A stretch of 64,000 bases of DNA, taken from positions 32,001-96,000 of the forward strand of contig JBDRLL010000010.1 of the NCBI GenBank assembly GCA_043813075.1. Direction: 5' to 3'. The translations under genes were made by a program, and so were the position numbers. Below the pieces are notes generated by a model. That model searched no databases, was not told the origin of the DNA, and was given only the letters and a program-made list of their open reading frames with translations. Below, one piece after another: positions 1-8,432 of the stretch. Position 1 is the first letter of the stretch. Every line of letters begins with the position of its first letter. Source of the stretch: Candidatus Altiarchaeota archaeon. GTDB lineage: Archaea; Altiarchaeota; Altiarchaeia; IMC4; SCGC-AAA252-I15.

Positions 1-147
1 AAGGTTCATAAGGAGCTGGAGGACTACGAGGAGGAGATACGCGGATTCGACGCCTTCACAGTGCAGGAGGAGAAGGAGATAGAGAAACTATACGCTAAAT
101 GGCTTGACGAGCAGAAGAAGTGGGAGACGTTACAGGAGGCATACTAG
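1..147 (+). CDS. 3' end of a charged, helical hypothetical protein (partial, runs off the window edge)
   Basis: Frame 1 is open from base 1 (KVHKELEDYEEEIRGFDAF...WETLQEAY*), has typical codon usage and is followed by an AT-rich spacer. Confidence 0.7.
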   Translation, partial: KVHKELEDYEEEIRGFDAFTVQEEKEIEKLYAKWLDEQKKWETLQEAY

Positions 148-188
148 CACATTAATTAACAATTATACTAAATTCCTAATGTAATAAC

Positions 189-1073
189 ATGCCCTACGCG
201 ATACCTGCAAACATAAGATACGAGGAGAGACTTGTCGGCCCCCTAACCATAAAACAAAGCCTATACCTCGCGTTCAGCCTTGTTGGGGCATGGATGATAT
301 ACAACAACGAGGGTATTCCCGAAGTAGCGAGGCTTCTGGGCGCTCTATTTCTCACCGGAATCGGTCTCGGACTTGCCTTCGCCAACCTTGACGTATGGGC
401 TAGGAACTACTTCAACTTCATGAGGCAGGCCAAGAAGACCTCATGGATATCGCCTGCCGCAAGAAAGCTCATGAACATACAGTCGATAAGGGCTGACACG
501 GTATTCCTAAAGGATCATGGCGTCCTTGGTCTTATCGGCGTTAAGCCCATAAACTTCGGCGTCCTCTCCGAGCAGGATAAGGACACGGTCATCTACGGTT
601 TCCTCGAGTTCCTGAACTCCCTCAACTTCCCCATACAGATAGTCATGCGTAGCGTCAACCTGGATCTTGAGGACTATCTCACCCACCTTAAGCGGCGCAT
701 CACCCAGCGGGACGACAAGGTCGCGCTCGCCTACTACGAGCACTTCGCGGAGTACATGCGGAGTTACATCAAGATAAACAAGATCAACGACAGGCACTTC
801 TACGTGGTTGTTCCGGGAAAGAAGAAGAAGACAGAGAAGGAGACAATAGACTACCTGACCACCCAGTGCAATGAGATAATGGCGAGGCTGGGGCTTTCCG
901 GAATAGTCGCCGAGAGGCTTAACACGAACCAGCTGATAAACTTCTACAGCAGCTACTTCACGGAGACTTTCGAGATATACGAGAGCTACATAAGCCCGAT
1001 AACGCTATACCGTAAGATGTGGCGTGAGGCGCCTAAGATGGTGAATCCAAAGCATTCCAAGGGGGGGGCGTAG
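189..1073 (+). CDS. PrgI/VirB3-like membrane protein fused to a TraE/VirB4-N-like domain
   Basis: N-terminal 'YAIPANIRYEERLVGPLTIKQ' plus 2 TM helices (PrgI-like); 'VKPINFGVLSEQDKDTVIYGFLEFLNSLNFPIQIV' is typical of VirB4-associated N domains; abuts the VirB4 gene. Confidence 0.8.
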   Translation: MPYAIPANIRYEERLVGPLTIKQSLYLAFSLVGAWMIYNNEGIPEVARLLGALFLTGIGLGLAFANLDVWARNYFNFMRQAKKTSWISPAARKLMNIQSIRADTVFLKDHGVLGLIGVKPINFGVLSEQDKDTVIYGFLEFLNSLNFPIQIVMRSVNLDLEDYLTHLKRRITQRDDKVALAYYEHFAEYMRSYIKINKINDRHFYVVVPGKKKKTEKETIDYLTTQCNEIMARLGLSGIVAERLNTNQLINFYSSYFTETFEIYESYISPITLYRKMWREAPKMVNPKHSKGGA

Positions 1074-3353
1074 ATGGCCATGGTTGGCGGTGGCAGCAAG
1101 TCGACGGTGGCTAAGCCGAAGGTTGAAGTCGAGTCCTACACAGAGTATGAGGACCGTCTTATCGAATACCTTACTTCCCCATCCACGATAGTCACGCACT
1201 CCAAGACCATACAGATAGCGAAGTTCCACCAGGTTATCGCTGCCATAAACTATCCCCGCCTCGTGGACCCGGGTTGGATGACCCGGCTCATCGAGATGAA
1301 CATGGACTTCGACCTGGCGCTCCACATAAACCCGTACACCGTCGACACGACCATAAAGCTCCTGGAGAACGAGATAAAGAAGCAGAAGACGGACATATAC
1401 TCGATGGAGACTGAGGGCAAGATAGTCCCCCAGTCGCTAATACAACAGCACCAGGATACCATGGCACTCCTCCAGCTGATACAGGAGGGCACTGAGAAGA
1501 TGTTCGACATAAGCCTCTACATAGACGCGAAGGCCTATACCACGGAAGACTTGGAGCGCGTGAGCAAGCAGATACGCGACACCATGAACTCCCTCATGAT
1601 AACGCCCAAAGTCCCGGCATACCAGATGTATCAGGCGCTGCGTTCGGTGCTGCCCATAGGAGTGGACGACCTACATGTGACGAGGAACATAACGTCTTCC
1701 GCGGCGGCAGCATGCTTCCCGTTCGCTATAACATCGCTAGAACAGCATGCGACAGGCATACTAATCGGATTCAACGAGTATAACAGCATACCCATAATAG
1801 TGGACCCGTGGGAGCTCAGCAACCCAAACATACTCGTCTTAGGGACGTCAGGGGGCGGTAAAAGCTATGCCATAAAACTGTTGCTCATGCGGGAATTCAT
1901 GGAGGGGGTCAGCATAAACGTCATAGACCCGCAGGGCGAGTACGCCGACCTAATACGCACGTTCAACGGGGATGTTATAAACATCGCCCCCAACTCGGAC
2001 AGCGTCATCAACCCGTTCGACATGATGGACCAGACATTCGACGAGAAAAAACTATCCCTCCTCGCGTTCTTCCGCTGCCTTCTCGGAGAGCTGACAGAGC
2101 CCCAGCGGGCTATACTGGACGAGACAATAGACCGCGCATACGAGGAGAAGGGGATAAACGCAGACCCGAAGACGTGGAGCAAGGAGCCGCCACTGCTTGA
2201 AGACCTATACAATGAAGTGCTGCCCCTCACAAAATCAAGCAAGGACATAATCTACAAGCCGGCGATGGCGATAGTCAACCGCGTTAAGAGCTACGTGTTC
2301 GGCCCCATGAGGTTCCTGAACCAGCACACCAAGATAGACCTATCCAACCGGATGATATCATTCGACATAAAGGACTCCCCAGACATCGGCAAGGGCGTTG
2401 TCATGTTCCTAATACTCGAATACGTCTACACCCAGATGAAGAAGTCCAAGTCCCGGAAGATACTTGTGATAGACGAGGCATGGACCGTGTTGAGTGCCGG
2501 CGAGCAGGCTGAATACATCCTAAGGCTTGTGAAGACCTGCCGTAAATTCAATCTCGCCCTCGTGATGATAACCCAGGACGTGGAGGACGTGCTTGTTTCA
2601 AGGGCAGGTCGTGCAGTGCTCACGAACACTTCAACCAAACTATTCCTCAAGCAGGACACGTCAGTCATAGACCAGATCGCGGAGAGATTCCACCTTAACA
2701 TGTCTGAAGTCAGGTTCCTGAAGGTTGCCACAATGGGCCACGCACTTCTGATGGCGGAGACCATGAAGGTTCCGATATACGTCACCGCATCGCCTGAAGA
2801 GCATAGGATAATCACCACCCGGCCTGATGAGATGATGCAGATGGAGGCTGTCAGGCGGCCGGAAGGCACGGACCTGGTTAAGGAGCTTGACATAAACTAT
2901 CCAATACACCGTAAGAGCGAGCTGTCAGACCAGCATATCGTAGTGCTGTCTCAGAGAGGATTCCAGGAGCTCAGGGTGAAGACACTGCACGGGGAGTCGG
3001 AGCTGTTCCTCGTTAAAAACGAGACGGACGAGACGGACGAGCACTTCATAATACAGCACCTGATACTGCAGGAGATAAAGAACTACACTCAGAAGGGCCT
3101 GATACACCACACCCGGCTGCCTGACGTGACTTTCGAGAACAATATAGGGAAGATGATTGCAGTGGAGGTTGAGGCTGAAGTGGGGCTTAAGAGGAGCTTA
3201 GACAACCTCCAGGAGAAGCTTAACGTTATGAAGAAATACGACGACTACTTTATAGTGACCACCAACCCCGTCCTGAAGCGGGATTACGCCCAGAATTTCG
3301 GCGTAATCATATCCCCCCTTGAGGTCCCCGCCAAGATAGCCTCATACTTTTAA
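1074..3353 (+). CDS. virB4: VirB4-like T4SS ATPase with C-terminal extension
   Basis: Walker A GTSGGGKS, VIDPQGEY, INPFD, Walker B ILVIDEAW, RKFNLALVMITQ. Confidence 0.9.
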   Translation: MAMVGGGSKSTVAKPKVEVESYTEYEDRLIEYLTSPSTIVTHSKTIQIAKFHQVIAAINYPRLVDPGWMTRLIEMNMDFDLALHINPYTVDTTIKLLENEIKKQKTDIYSMETEGKIVPQSLIQQHQDTMALLQLIQEGTEKMFDISLYIDAKAYTTEDLERVSKQIRDTMNSLMITPKVPAYQMYQALRSVLPIGVDDLHVTRNITSSAAAACFPFAITSLEQHATGILIGFNEYNSIPIIVDPWELSNPNILVLGTSGGGKSYAIKLLLMREFMEGVSINVIDPQGEYADLIRTFNGDVINIAPNSDSVINPFDMMDQTFDEKKLSLLAFFRCLLGELTEPQRAILDETIDRAYEEKGINADPKTWSKEPPLLEDLYNEVLPLTKSSKDIIYKPAMAIVNRVKSYVFGPMRFLNQHTKIDLSNRMISFDIKDSPDIGKGVVMFLILEYVYTQMKKSKSRKILVIDEAWTVLSAGEQAEYILRLVKTCRKFNLALVMITQDVEDVLVSRAGRAVLTNTSTKLFLKQDTSVIDQIAERFHLNMSEVRFLKVATMGHALLMAETMKVPIYVTASPEEHRIITTRPDEMMQMEAVRRPEGTDLVKELDINYPIHRKSELSDQHIVVLSQRGFQELRVKTLHGESELFLVKNETDETDEHFIIQHLILQEIKNYTQKGLIHHTRLPDVTFENNIGKMIAVEVEAEVGLKRSLDNLQEKLNVMKKYDDYFIVTTNPVLKRDYAQNFGVIISPLEVPAKIASYF

Positions 3354-3379
3354 CCCACCCCACGTAATACATAACCGTT

Positions 3380-3547
3380 ATGATTAACCTATTGCGGGAC
3401 AACAGTTCATGCAGGTATAGGGTAAACAACAGGTGCTCCAACTCGCAGATTGCCAGCAGTCCGATAGTGGATGACTCGCTCCAGTCCCGGTGGTATTGCA
3501 GCAACTGCGAACACTATTCTGCTTCAACACAGGCTGGAGTCGAATAG
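3380..3547 (+). CDS. Small Cys-rich protein, 55 aa (not in ORF track)
   Basis: ATG 3380 to TAG 3547: MINLLRDNSSCRYRVNNRCSNSQIASSPIVDDSLQSRWYCSNCEHYSASTQAGVE; C-x7-C...CxxC; fills the virB4-pilin gap in the same orientation. Confidence 0.55.
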   Translation: MINLLRDNSSCRYRVNNRCSNSQIASSPIVDDSLQSRWYCSNCEHYSASTQAGVE

Positions 3548-3570
3548 AGTTAAAACACCTTTGATTCGAG

Positions 3571-3873
3571 ATGAGGAACTGGAAGGCACTACTTTGTTTG
3601 ACGGTCATCGCGGGCTTGGCTGGCTTAGCTTCCGCTGCCGTCCCGGCGTGCGGCATAAACATAGCTGAATTCAGTTTCGTCATAGAGCAACTCAAGACCA
3701 TCGGGGAGGCGGGCGCCGTACTGATGATAACATTCGAGGGCGCGAAATACATAACTTCAACCAGCGCCGAGGAACGGGAGAGCAACAGGAGGGGTGTTAT
3801 ATACGTGGTGATAGGCATAATCCTCATAAATGTGGCAGTAGACCTCGTAAGTTATTTCATGTGTTCAACCTGA
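3571..3873 (+). CDS. VirB2/TrbC-like pilin
   Basis: Signal peptide (ASA|A), then TM - 'ITSTSAEERESNRRGVIYVVIGIIL' - TM, the T4SS pilin pattern. Confidence 0.8.
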   Translation: MRNWKALLCLTVIAGLAGLASAAVPACGINIAEFSFVIEQLKTIGEAGAVLMITFEGAKYITSTSAEERESNRRGVIYVVIGIILINVAVDLVSYFMCST

Positions 3874-3908
3874 TTTTTTTGCTTTTAATCACCTAATTTC
3901 AATAATCT

Positions 3909-4268
3909 ATGATGGAATTAAGCTTATCTACGGCTTTAAAAAGGGGTTTTCAGCTGCTATTCCTGCTGTCGATAATATCCTCTACAGCAGCCTCCATATC
4001 CCTAAAGGATGCGGTCGGAAGCATGTGCGAGCTCGCTGACGCATTGGGCCTGCTGGTCATAGGCATAATGGGTGCCCGCTGGGTCATAGCAGACAGCGCC
4101 CAGGAGCGGTCTGAGGCGAAGAAGGGCATAATATACGTGGTGGTCGGCCTCCTGGTGGTCCATAGCATGGGGACCCTTATGACCGAACTATACATAAATC
4201 CTGCCAACGCTGCAGGCATATCCATAAGCCTTGGGCCTGGGATTCCATCTCAATGTCAAATAATTTAG
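3909..4268 (+). CDS. VirB2/TrbC-like pilin (paralog)
   Basis: Signal peptide, then TM - 'WVIADSAQERSEAKKGIIYVVVGLLVV'; clear paralog of 3571..3873. Confidence 0.8.
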   Translation: MMELSLSTALKRGFQLLFLLSIISSTAASISLKDAVGSMCELADALGLLVIGIMGARWVIADSAQERSEAKKGIIYVVVGLLVVHSMGTLMTELYINPANAAGISISLGPGIPSQCQII

Positions 4269-4281
4269 CTTCTGTTCGATA

Positions 4282-5826
4282 ATGGCGTTCAACACCCGTG
4301 AGATAAAAGAGTCGTCTAGGGAAGACTTCCGGAAAGCATGGCTGGAGACTGCCAGCCTAATACCCGGCGAGAGCAGTATAGACTACTCCGGCGGCGCAGG
4401 CAGGCCCCACGCCATACACGATCTCATACAGGATGTGAGAATAGTATTCCTGAAACTCGGCTTCGACGAGGTCGAGAACCCCATATTCGTTTCAGAGGAG
4501 GACGTGTACAAGCAGTACGGTCCTGAAGCCCCGGTCATACTCGACCGCTGCTACTATCTTGCCGGCCTACCCCGCCCCGACATCGGTTTAAGCGACGAGA
4601 CGGCAGGGGAGATAAGGAAGATTGCTGACGTGAAGATTGACGCACTGAAGAACATATTCCGCCAGTACCGTGCGGGGGAGATAGAGGGCGACGACATGGT
4701 GGAGGAGATGGTGAAACGCCTAAAGCTGGATACTGAGGAAGCCTCCCAGATACTCGGCCTGTTCCCGGAGTTCAAGAACATAACGCCCCAGGCAGGCAAG
4801 AACACCCTCCGCAGCCACATGACTGCCGCATGGTTCCCGACTCTAGCGGCAATGCAGGACGTCTACGACCTCCCGATGAAGCTCTTCTCTGTGGGCCTCA
4901 GGTTCAGGAGGGAGCAGAAGGTCGACTCCAGCCACCTTCGCGCACACTATGGCGGCTCTTGCGTGATAATGGGCGAGGACATAAGCCTCAAGGCCGGGAA
5001 GAAGCTGACTGAAGAGATACTCAACGCCCTCGACTTCGGTGACGTGCGCTTCGAGCTAAAGAAGGCGACCTCCAACTACTACGCCCCAAAGACGGAATAC
5101 GAGGTGTATTCCGGCGACATAGAGGTTGCTGACATCGGAATGTACTCGCCGGTAGCGCTCGCGAACTATGAGATAAGGCATAACGTATTCAACCTGGGGT
5201 TCGGGCTCGAGCGCATACTCATGGTGAAAAACAAGGTTGCGGACGTTCGTGAAGTACTATACCCCCACATGCACGGCAGGATAGAGTTGGATGACAGCCA
5301 GCTGGCCGGCGAAGTCGGCGTTGAAATAAAACCGTCAACAAAGGAGGGTAAGATGATTTCAGACGCGATAGTCGAGACAGCGTCCGCAAACGCGGAAGCC
5401 AAGTCACCCTGCGAGTTCACCGCCTACAAGGGGAACGTGGGCGGCAGAAACGTTGAAGTCAAGGTGGTTGAACGCGAGAAAGACACGATGCTCCTAGGCC
5501 CCGCAGCATTAAACCAGGTGTACGCTTACGACGGAAACCTCTACGGGCTGCCGGAAGACACCTCAAAGCTTAAGGCCAACATGGCGGAGGCGCTGGAGAA
5601 GGGCGTGAATTCAGGGGTCTCCTTCATAAGGGCGGTCGCCGACTATGCTGCCGCTGAGATAGAGTCCGCCAGCGATGACGGGACAGTACGATTCAAGATG
5701 GCGAAGACTCCAGCGGACGTGAACATACTCGTCAAGGGAAAGGCCAGGAGATTCATACTATCCCACAACAAGACCATATCCGTCAAGGGGCCGGTGTTCA
5801 CCAGCATAGAGTATTCCTTCAACTAG
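4282..5826 (+). CDS. sepS: O-phosphoseryl-tRNA(Cys) synthetase (SepRS)
   Basis: VYKQYGPEAPVILDRCYYLAGLPRPDIG, TLRSHMT, FRREQ, YSPVALANY, NLGFGLER, GPAALN. Confidence 0.92.
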   Translation: MAFNTREIKESSREDFRKAWLETASLIPGESSIDYSGGAGRPHAIHDLIQDVRIVFLKLGFDEVENPIFVSEEDVYKQYGPEAPVILDRCYYLAGLPRPDIGLSDETAGEIRKIADVKIDALKNIFRQYRAGEIEGDDMVEEMVKRLKLDTEEASQILGLFPEFKNITPQAGKNTLRSHMTAAWFPTLAAMQDVYDLPMKLFSVGLRFRREQKVDSSHLRAHYGGSCVIMGEDISLKAGKKLTEEILNALDFGDVRFELKKATSNYYAPKTEYEVYSGDIEVADIGMYSPVALANYEIRHNVFNLGFGLERILMVKNKVADVREVLYPHMHGRIELDDSQLAGEVGVEIKPSTKEGKMISDAIVETASANAEAKSPCEFTAYKGNVGGRNVEVKVVEREKDTMLLGPAALNQVYAYDGNLYGLPEDTSKLKANMAEALEKGVNSGVSFIRAVADYAAAEIESASDDGTVRFKMAKTPADVNILVKGKARRFILSHNKTISVKGPVFTSIEYSFN

Positions 5827-6382
5827 CATCCCAGAGGCCTTGGAAGTATCCTTCAAAGTATCCTGCAGCCTCCCTGTCCCGTATCAGCACGTCAACCTCA
5901 TTGTTCCTCTCCAGTCCGTAGTAGCTTAGGTTCGTGCTGCCGAGTACGACTATCTCGCCGTCTATCACCACGAGTTTCGCGTGCGTGGTCGTGCTCTTCG
6001 AGTCGTTCCTCACTTCAATCCCGTTAGCCGCTAGGATATGGTGGGCGTTGTCCGCCTCTGAGAACTCGTCAACCACTATCCTCACGTCCACGCCACGGTT
6101 CTTCGCGTCAATCAGGTCCTGGATGATAACGTTCATGCTGCTGTTGGGGTAGCCTTCATAGTACTTCAGCTCGAAGGATACGATGTGTATGGATTCACCA
6201 GCATTCGATAATGCGTTATGCAACTGCATGAAATATCCCCTGTCGCTTATGGGCACCACATCAGCGGAGTCCACGCAAATCCTGCTGGGGCACACGTTAC
6301 CGTAACCATAATCCGCCACCATCATCCCCGCCAGCATGCCGACAAACACCAGGATAATGCCGCCAGCCAACCTGTCCCTCAT
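5819..6382 (-). CDS. Membrane-anchored phospholipase D-family (Nuc-like) protein
   Basis: Single HKD motif HAKLVVID...GSTNLS...NNE; N-terminal TM; start placed at ATG 6382 after a GGAGG/GGTG-type RBS. Confidence 0.85.
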   Translation of the reverse strand: MRDRLAGGIILVFVGMLAGMMVADYGYGNVCPSRICVDSADVVPISDRGYFMQLHNALSNAGESIHIVSFELKYYEGYPNSSMNVIIQDLIDAKNRGVDVRIVVDEFSEADNAHHILAANGIEVRNDSKSTTTHAKLVVIDGEIVVLGSTNLSYYGLERNNEVDVLIRDREAAGYFEGYFQGLWDAS

Positions 6383-6386
6383 CACC

Positions 6387-7553
6387 CTAAATCCTCCTGA
6401 CCCAGTAATTACCGTAATCCACGCTAGGAGGGTCACTGATCTCCGGTTTCACGTCACCCCAACCGCCATATCCTCCTGGAGGCGTCTCGTCACTGCCATA
6501 AGCCCTGCCCATCCTACTCCTCAACCCGTGGGCCTGCACATCCCTCCCCACGCAAGACCTCATCGCCTCCCTAAGCTTGGGCACAATAGAATACTTCACC
6601 CCCATGCCTGCCATGTCAACGTGCATGGCCTGCCTCAAAAGGTCAGGCCACTCTTCGATGCCGAGGCCCCTGGTCTCCCTTGGGTCATGGTCTGACTGTA
6701 GCTCATGCTGCAGACCCCACCCTCCCCCAGGACATACGCTGAAGGAGTTGAATGAAAGCGCTCCCGGTATGTTGTTCTTCTTTAGCCGCGGATACTGGGT
6801 CTTCTGCAGGCGGTTCAAAACCTCCTGGTCCTCAGGCATCAGTGTTATGAAATAACTCTCACCCTTGAATTCAAGCGGGCTCTCGTCCGGCAGGACGGCG
6901 AACCTGACCGGGAATCTCGTGCGGACTGTCATCCCGCCCTCAGGGTTCTCAAGCATCCTAACATATCTCCTAACGTCGTCTTCCGACACAATCGTCGGCA
7001 GGTCGTGGACGATGCCTGCGATGAAGTCGTCGTGGGCCCCGACGCCCGGGGTATCCGACTGCATCCTAGAGAGGAACTCGGACAAATCCGCTTTCCCCGC
7101 ATACTTCACGCCCCTGCTCTTGTAATATCCTGCGAGACGCGAAGGCGGATTCCTCCATGATGGAAGCCACTCGTGATGCCCCGCTTCAAACTCCCCTAAA
7201 ACACGTTTAAAGAACCCTAGTAAGCTTTCATTCACATCGTCAAACCGGGAGGGCCTCCAGCAAACCCTACTGTTTATCTCACTCTCCCTCGCCTCCAGCT
7301 CGCCGACAGTCCTACCCCCCTCCCTCCATTCTATGAAGTTCTTCATCAGGAAAGGCGCGGTATCGCTCGCGTAAACCCCCCTCTTCATGAAGAACAGCGC
7401 GCCCTCGTCTATGTGCTCCCCCAACTCTTTGACAGTCCCAAGGTCTTTAAGCATCCTGGCGAGGGACATGGCAGGCCTCCTACCATAACCCGCCTTATGC
7501 AGCCTGTCAGTCAGCTCTCGATGATCCTTCTCCAGCGTGACATCAACCATCAC
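6387..7553 (-). CDS. Hypothetical protein
   Basis: 388-aa ORF filling the space between recognised genes; no motif recognised. Confidence 0.65.
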   Translation of the reverse strand: MMVDVTLEKDHRELTDRLHKAGYGRRPAMSLARMLKDLGTVKELGEHIDEGALFFMKRGVYASDTAPFLMKNFIEWREGGRTVGELEARESEINSRVCWRPSRFDDVNESLLGFFKRVLGEFEAGHHEWLPSWRNPPSRLAGYYKSRGVKYAGKADLSEFLSRMQSDTPGVGAHDDFIAGIVHDLPTIVSEDDVRRYVRMLENPEGGMTVRTRFPVRFAVLPDESPLEFKGESYFITLMPEDQEVLNRLQKTQYPRLKKNNIPGALSFNSFSVCPGGGWGLQHELQSDHDPRETRGLGIEEWPDLLRQAMHVDMAGMGVKYSIVPKLREAMRSCVGRDVQAHGLRSRMGRAYGSDETPPGGYGGWGDVKPEISDPPSVDYGNYWVRRI

Positions 7554-7584
7554 TAAATATAAGCGACGGAGAGAGTATTAAGAA

Positions 7585-8391
7585 CTAGCCCTTCAACTCA
7601 CTGCTCTTCTCCCACCCCAACCCCAGCTCGTCGAGTAGTCCGGTAACCCTCTTCTTCTCCTCCCCACGCATCCCCTTCCAGTCAAGCACGGCAAGCTCAG
7701 GACGGGGCACAGTCCTCTCCACCATCTGCTCCACCATAGCAATGTCGACGTATTCCAGCGCGTATTTCGGGGCGATATGCCCTAAAGCAACAGTCTTAAC
7801 AACATCATTGAAGTTGGGCGCATAATGCGGCCCCCCGAACCCTATGGCGGAAGGCACCTCCTCAACAGGAAGGCTTACTAACGCATCAGCGACTTCCGCC
7901 ACCGCAGTGCACGCGTCCATGTCATTCCACTGCTCCTCGCTGCTGCCGACTTCGACATACAATAGGGGGAACGGCAGTCGCGTGGGACCGTGGTGCGTCA
8001 CCTCAAGGCTCACTTCATAGCCCTCGACCTGGTTCAGCCTCAAGTATTCGAGGGACTTCCTCAAGTACAGTGCGGGGGCGATGGAGAGTCTCCCAGGCTC
8101 CCCGCCCACATCCGCGGAACCGAAGTTGCCTGTCACGTGACTCGTGAGCGTCGGAGTCCCAGACTCGCTCCTATGCCGTGATACCACGACACACACTTCA
8201 GGATGGAGGCTGCCGAAGGATTCTATGCGCGTGATGTTCTCCCTGCTGGCGACGAGCAGCGTATCGTCACGACCGCATATCCTCACGCCATCATGCTCCT
8301 CCCCCCTCTCAATGAACCCGAAGCCGTCTCTGAGGACTTCAGCGACGTTAGAGCCTGCAATATCATCCATAGAGTAGGCGATGAGCTTCAC
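7585..8391 (-). CDS. dtdA: D-aminoacyl-tRNA deacylase (archaeal DTD2)
   Basis: SRHRSESGTPTLTSHVTGN, EVTHHGPT, VEVGSSEEQW, GFGGPHYAP. Confidence 0.92.
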   Translation of the reverse strand: MKLIAYSMDDIAGSNVAEVLRDGFGFIERGEEHDGVRICGRDDTLLVASRENITRIESFGSLHPEVCVVVSRHRSESGTPTLTSHVTGNFGSADVGGEPGRLSIAPALYLRKSLEYLRLNQVEGYEVSLEVTHHGPTRLPFPLLYVEVGSSEEQWNDMDACTAVAEVADALVSLPVEEVPSAIGFGGPHYAPNFNDVVKTVALGHIAPKYALEYVDIAMVEQMVERTVPRPELAVLDWKGMRGEEKKRVTGLLDELGLGWEKSSELKG

Positions 8392-8432
8392 ACACTCATA
8401 TTACCCCTAGATTCCAATATATTACCCTAAAT

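Noticed and set aside
189-4268. Integrated conjugative plasmid or provirus
   Set aside because: No integrase, relaxase, VirD4, replication or capsid gene and no att boundary are visible, and the locus runs straight into sepS. The region upstream of the window cannot be assessed.
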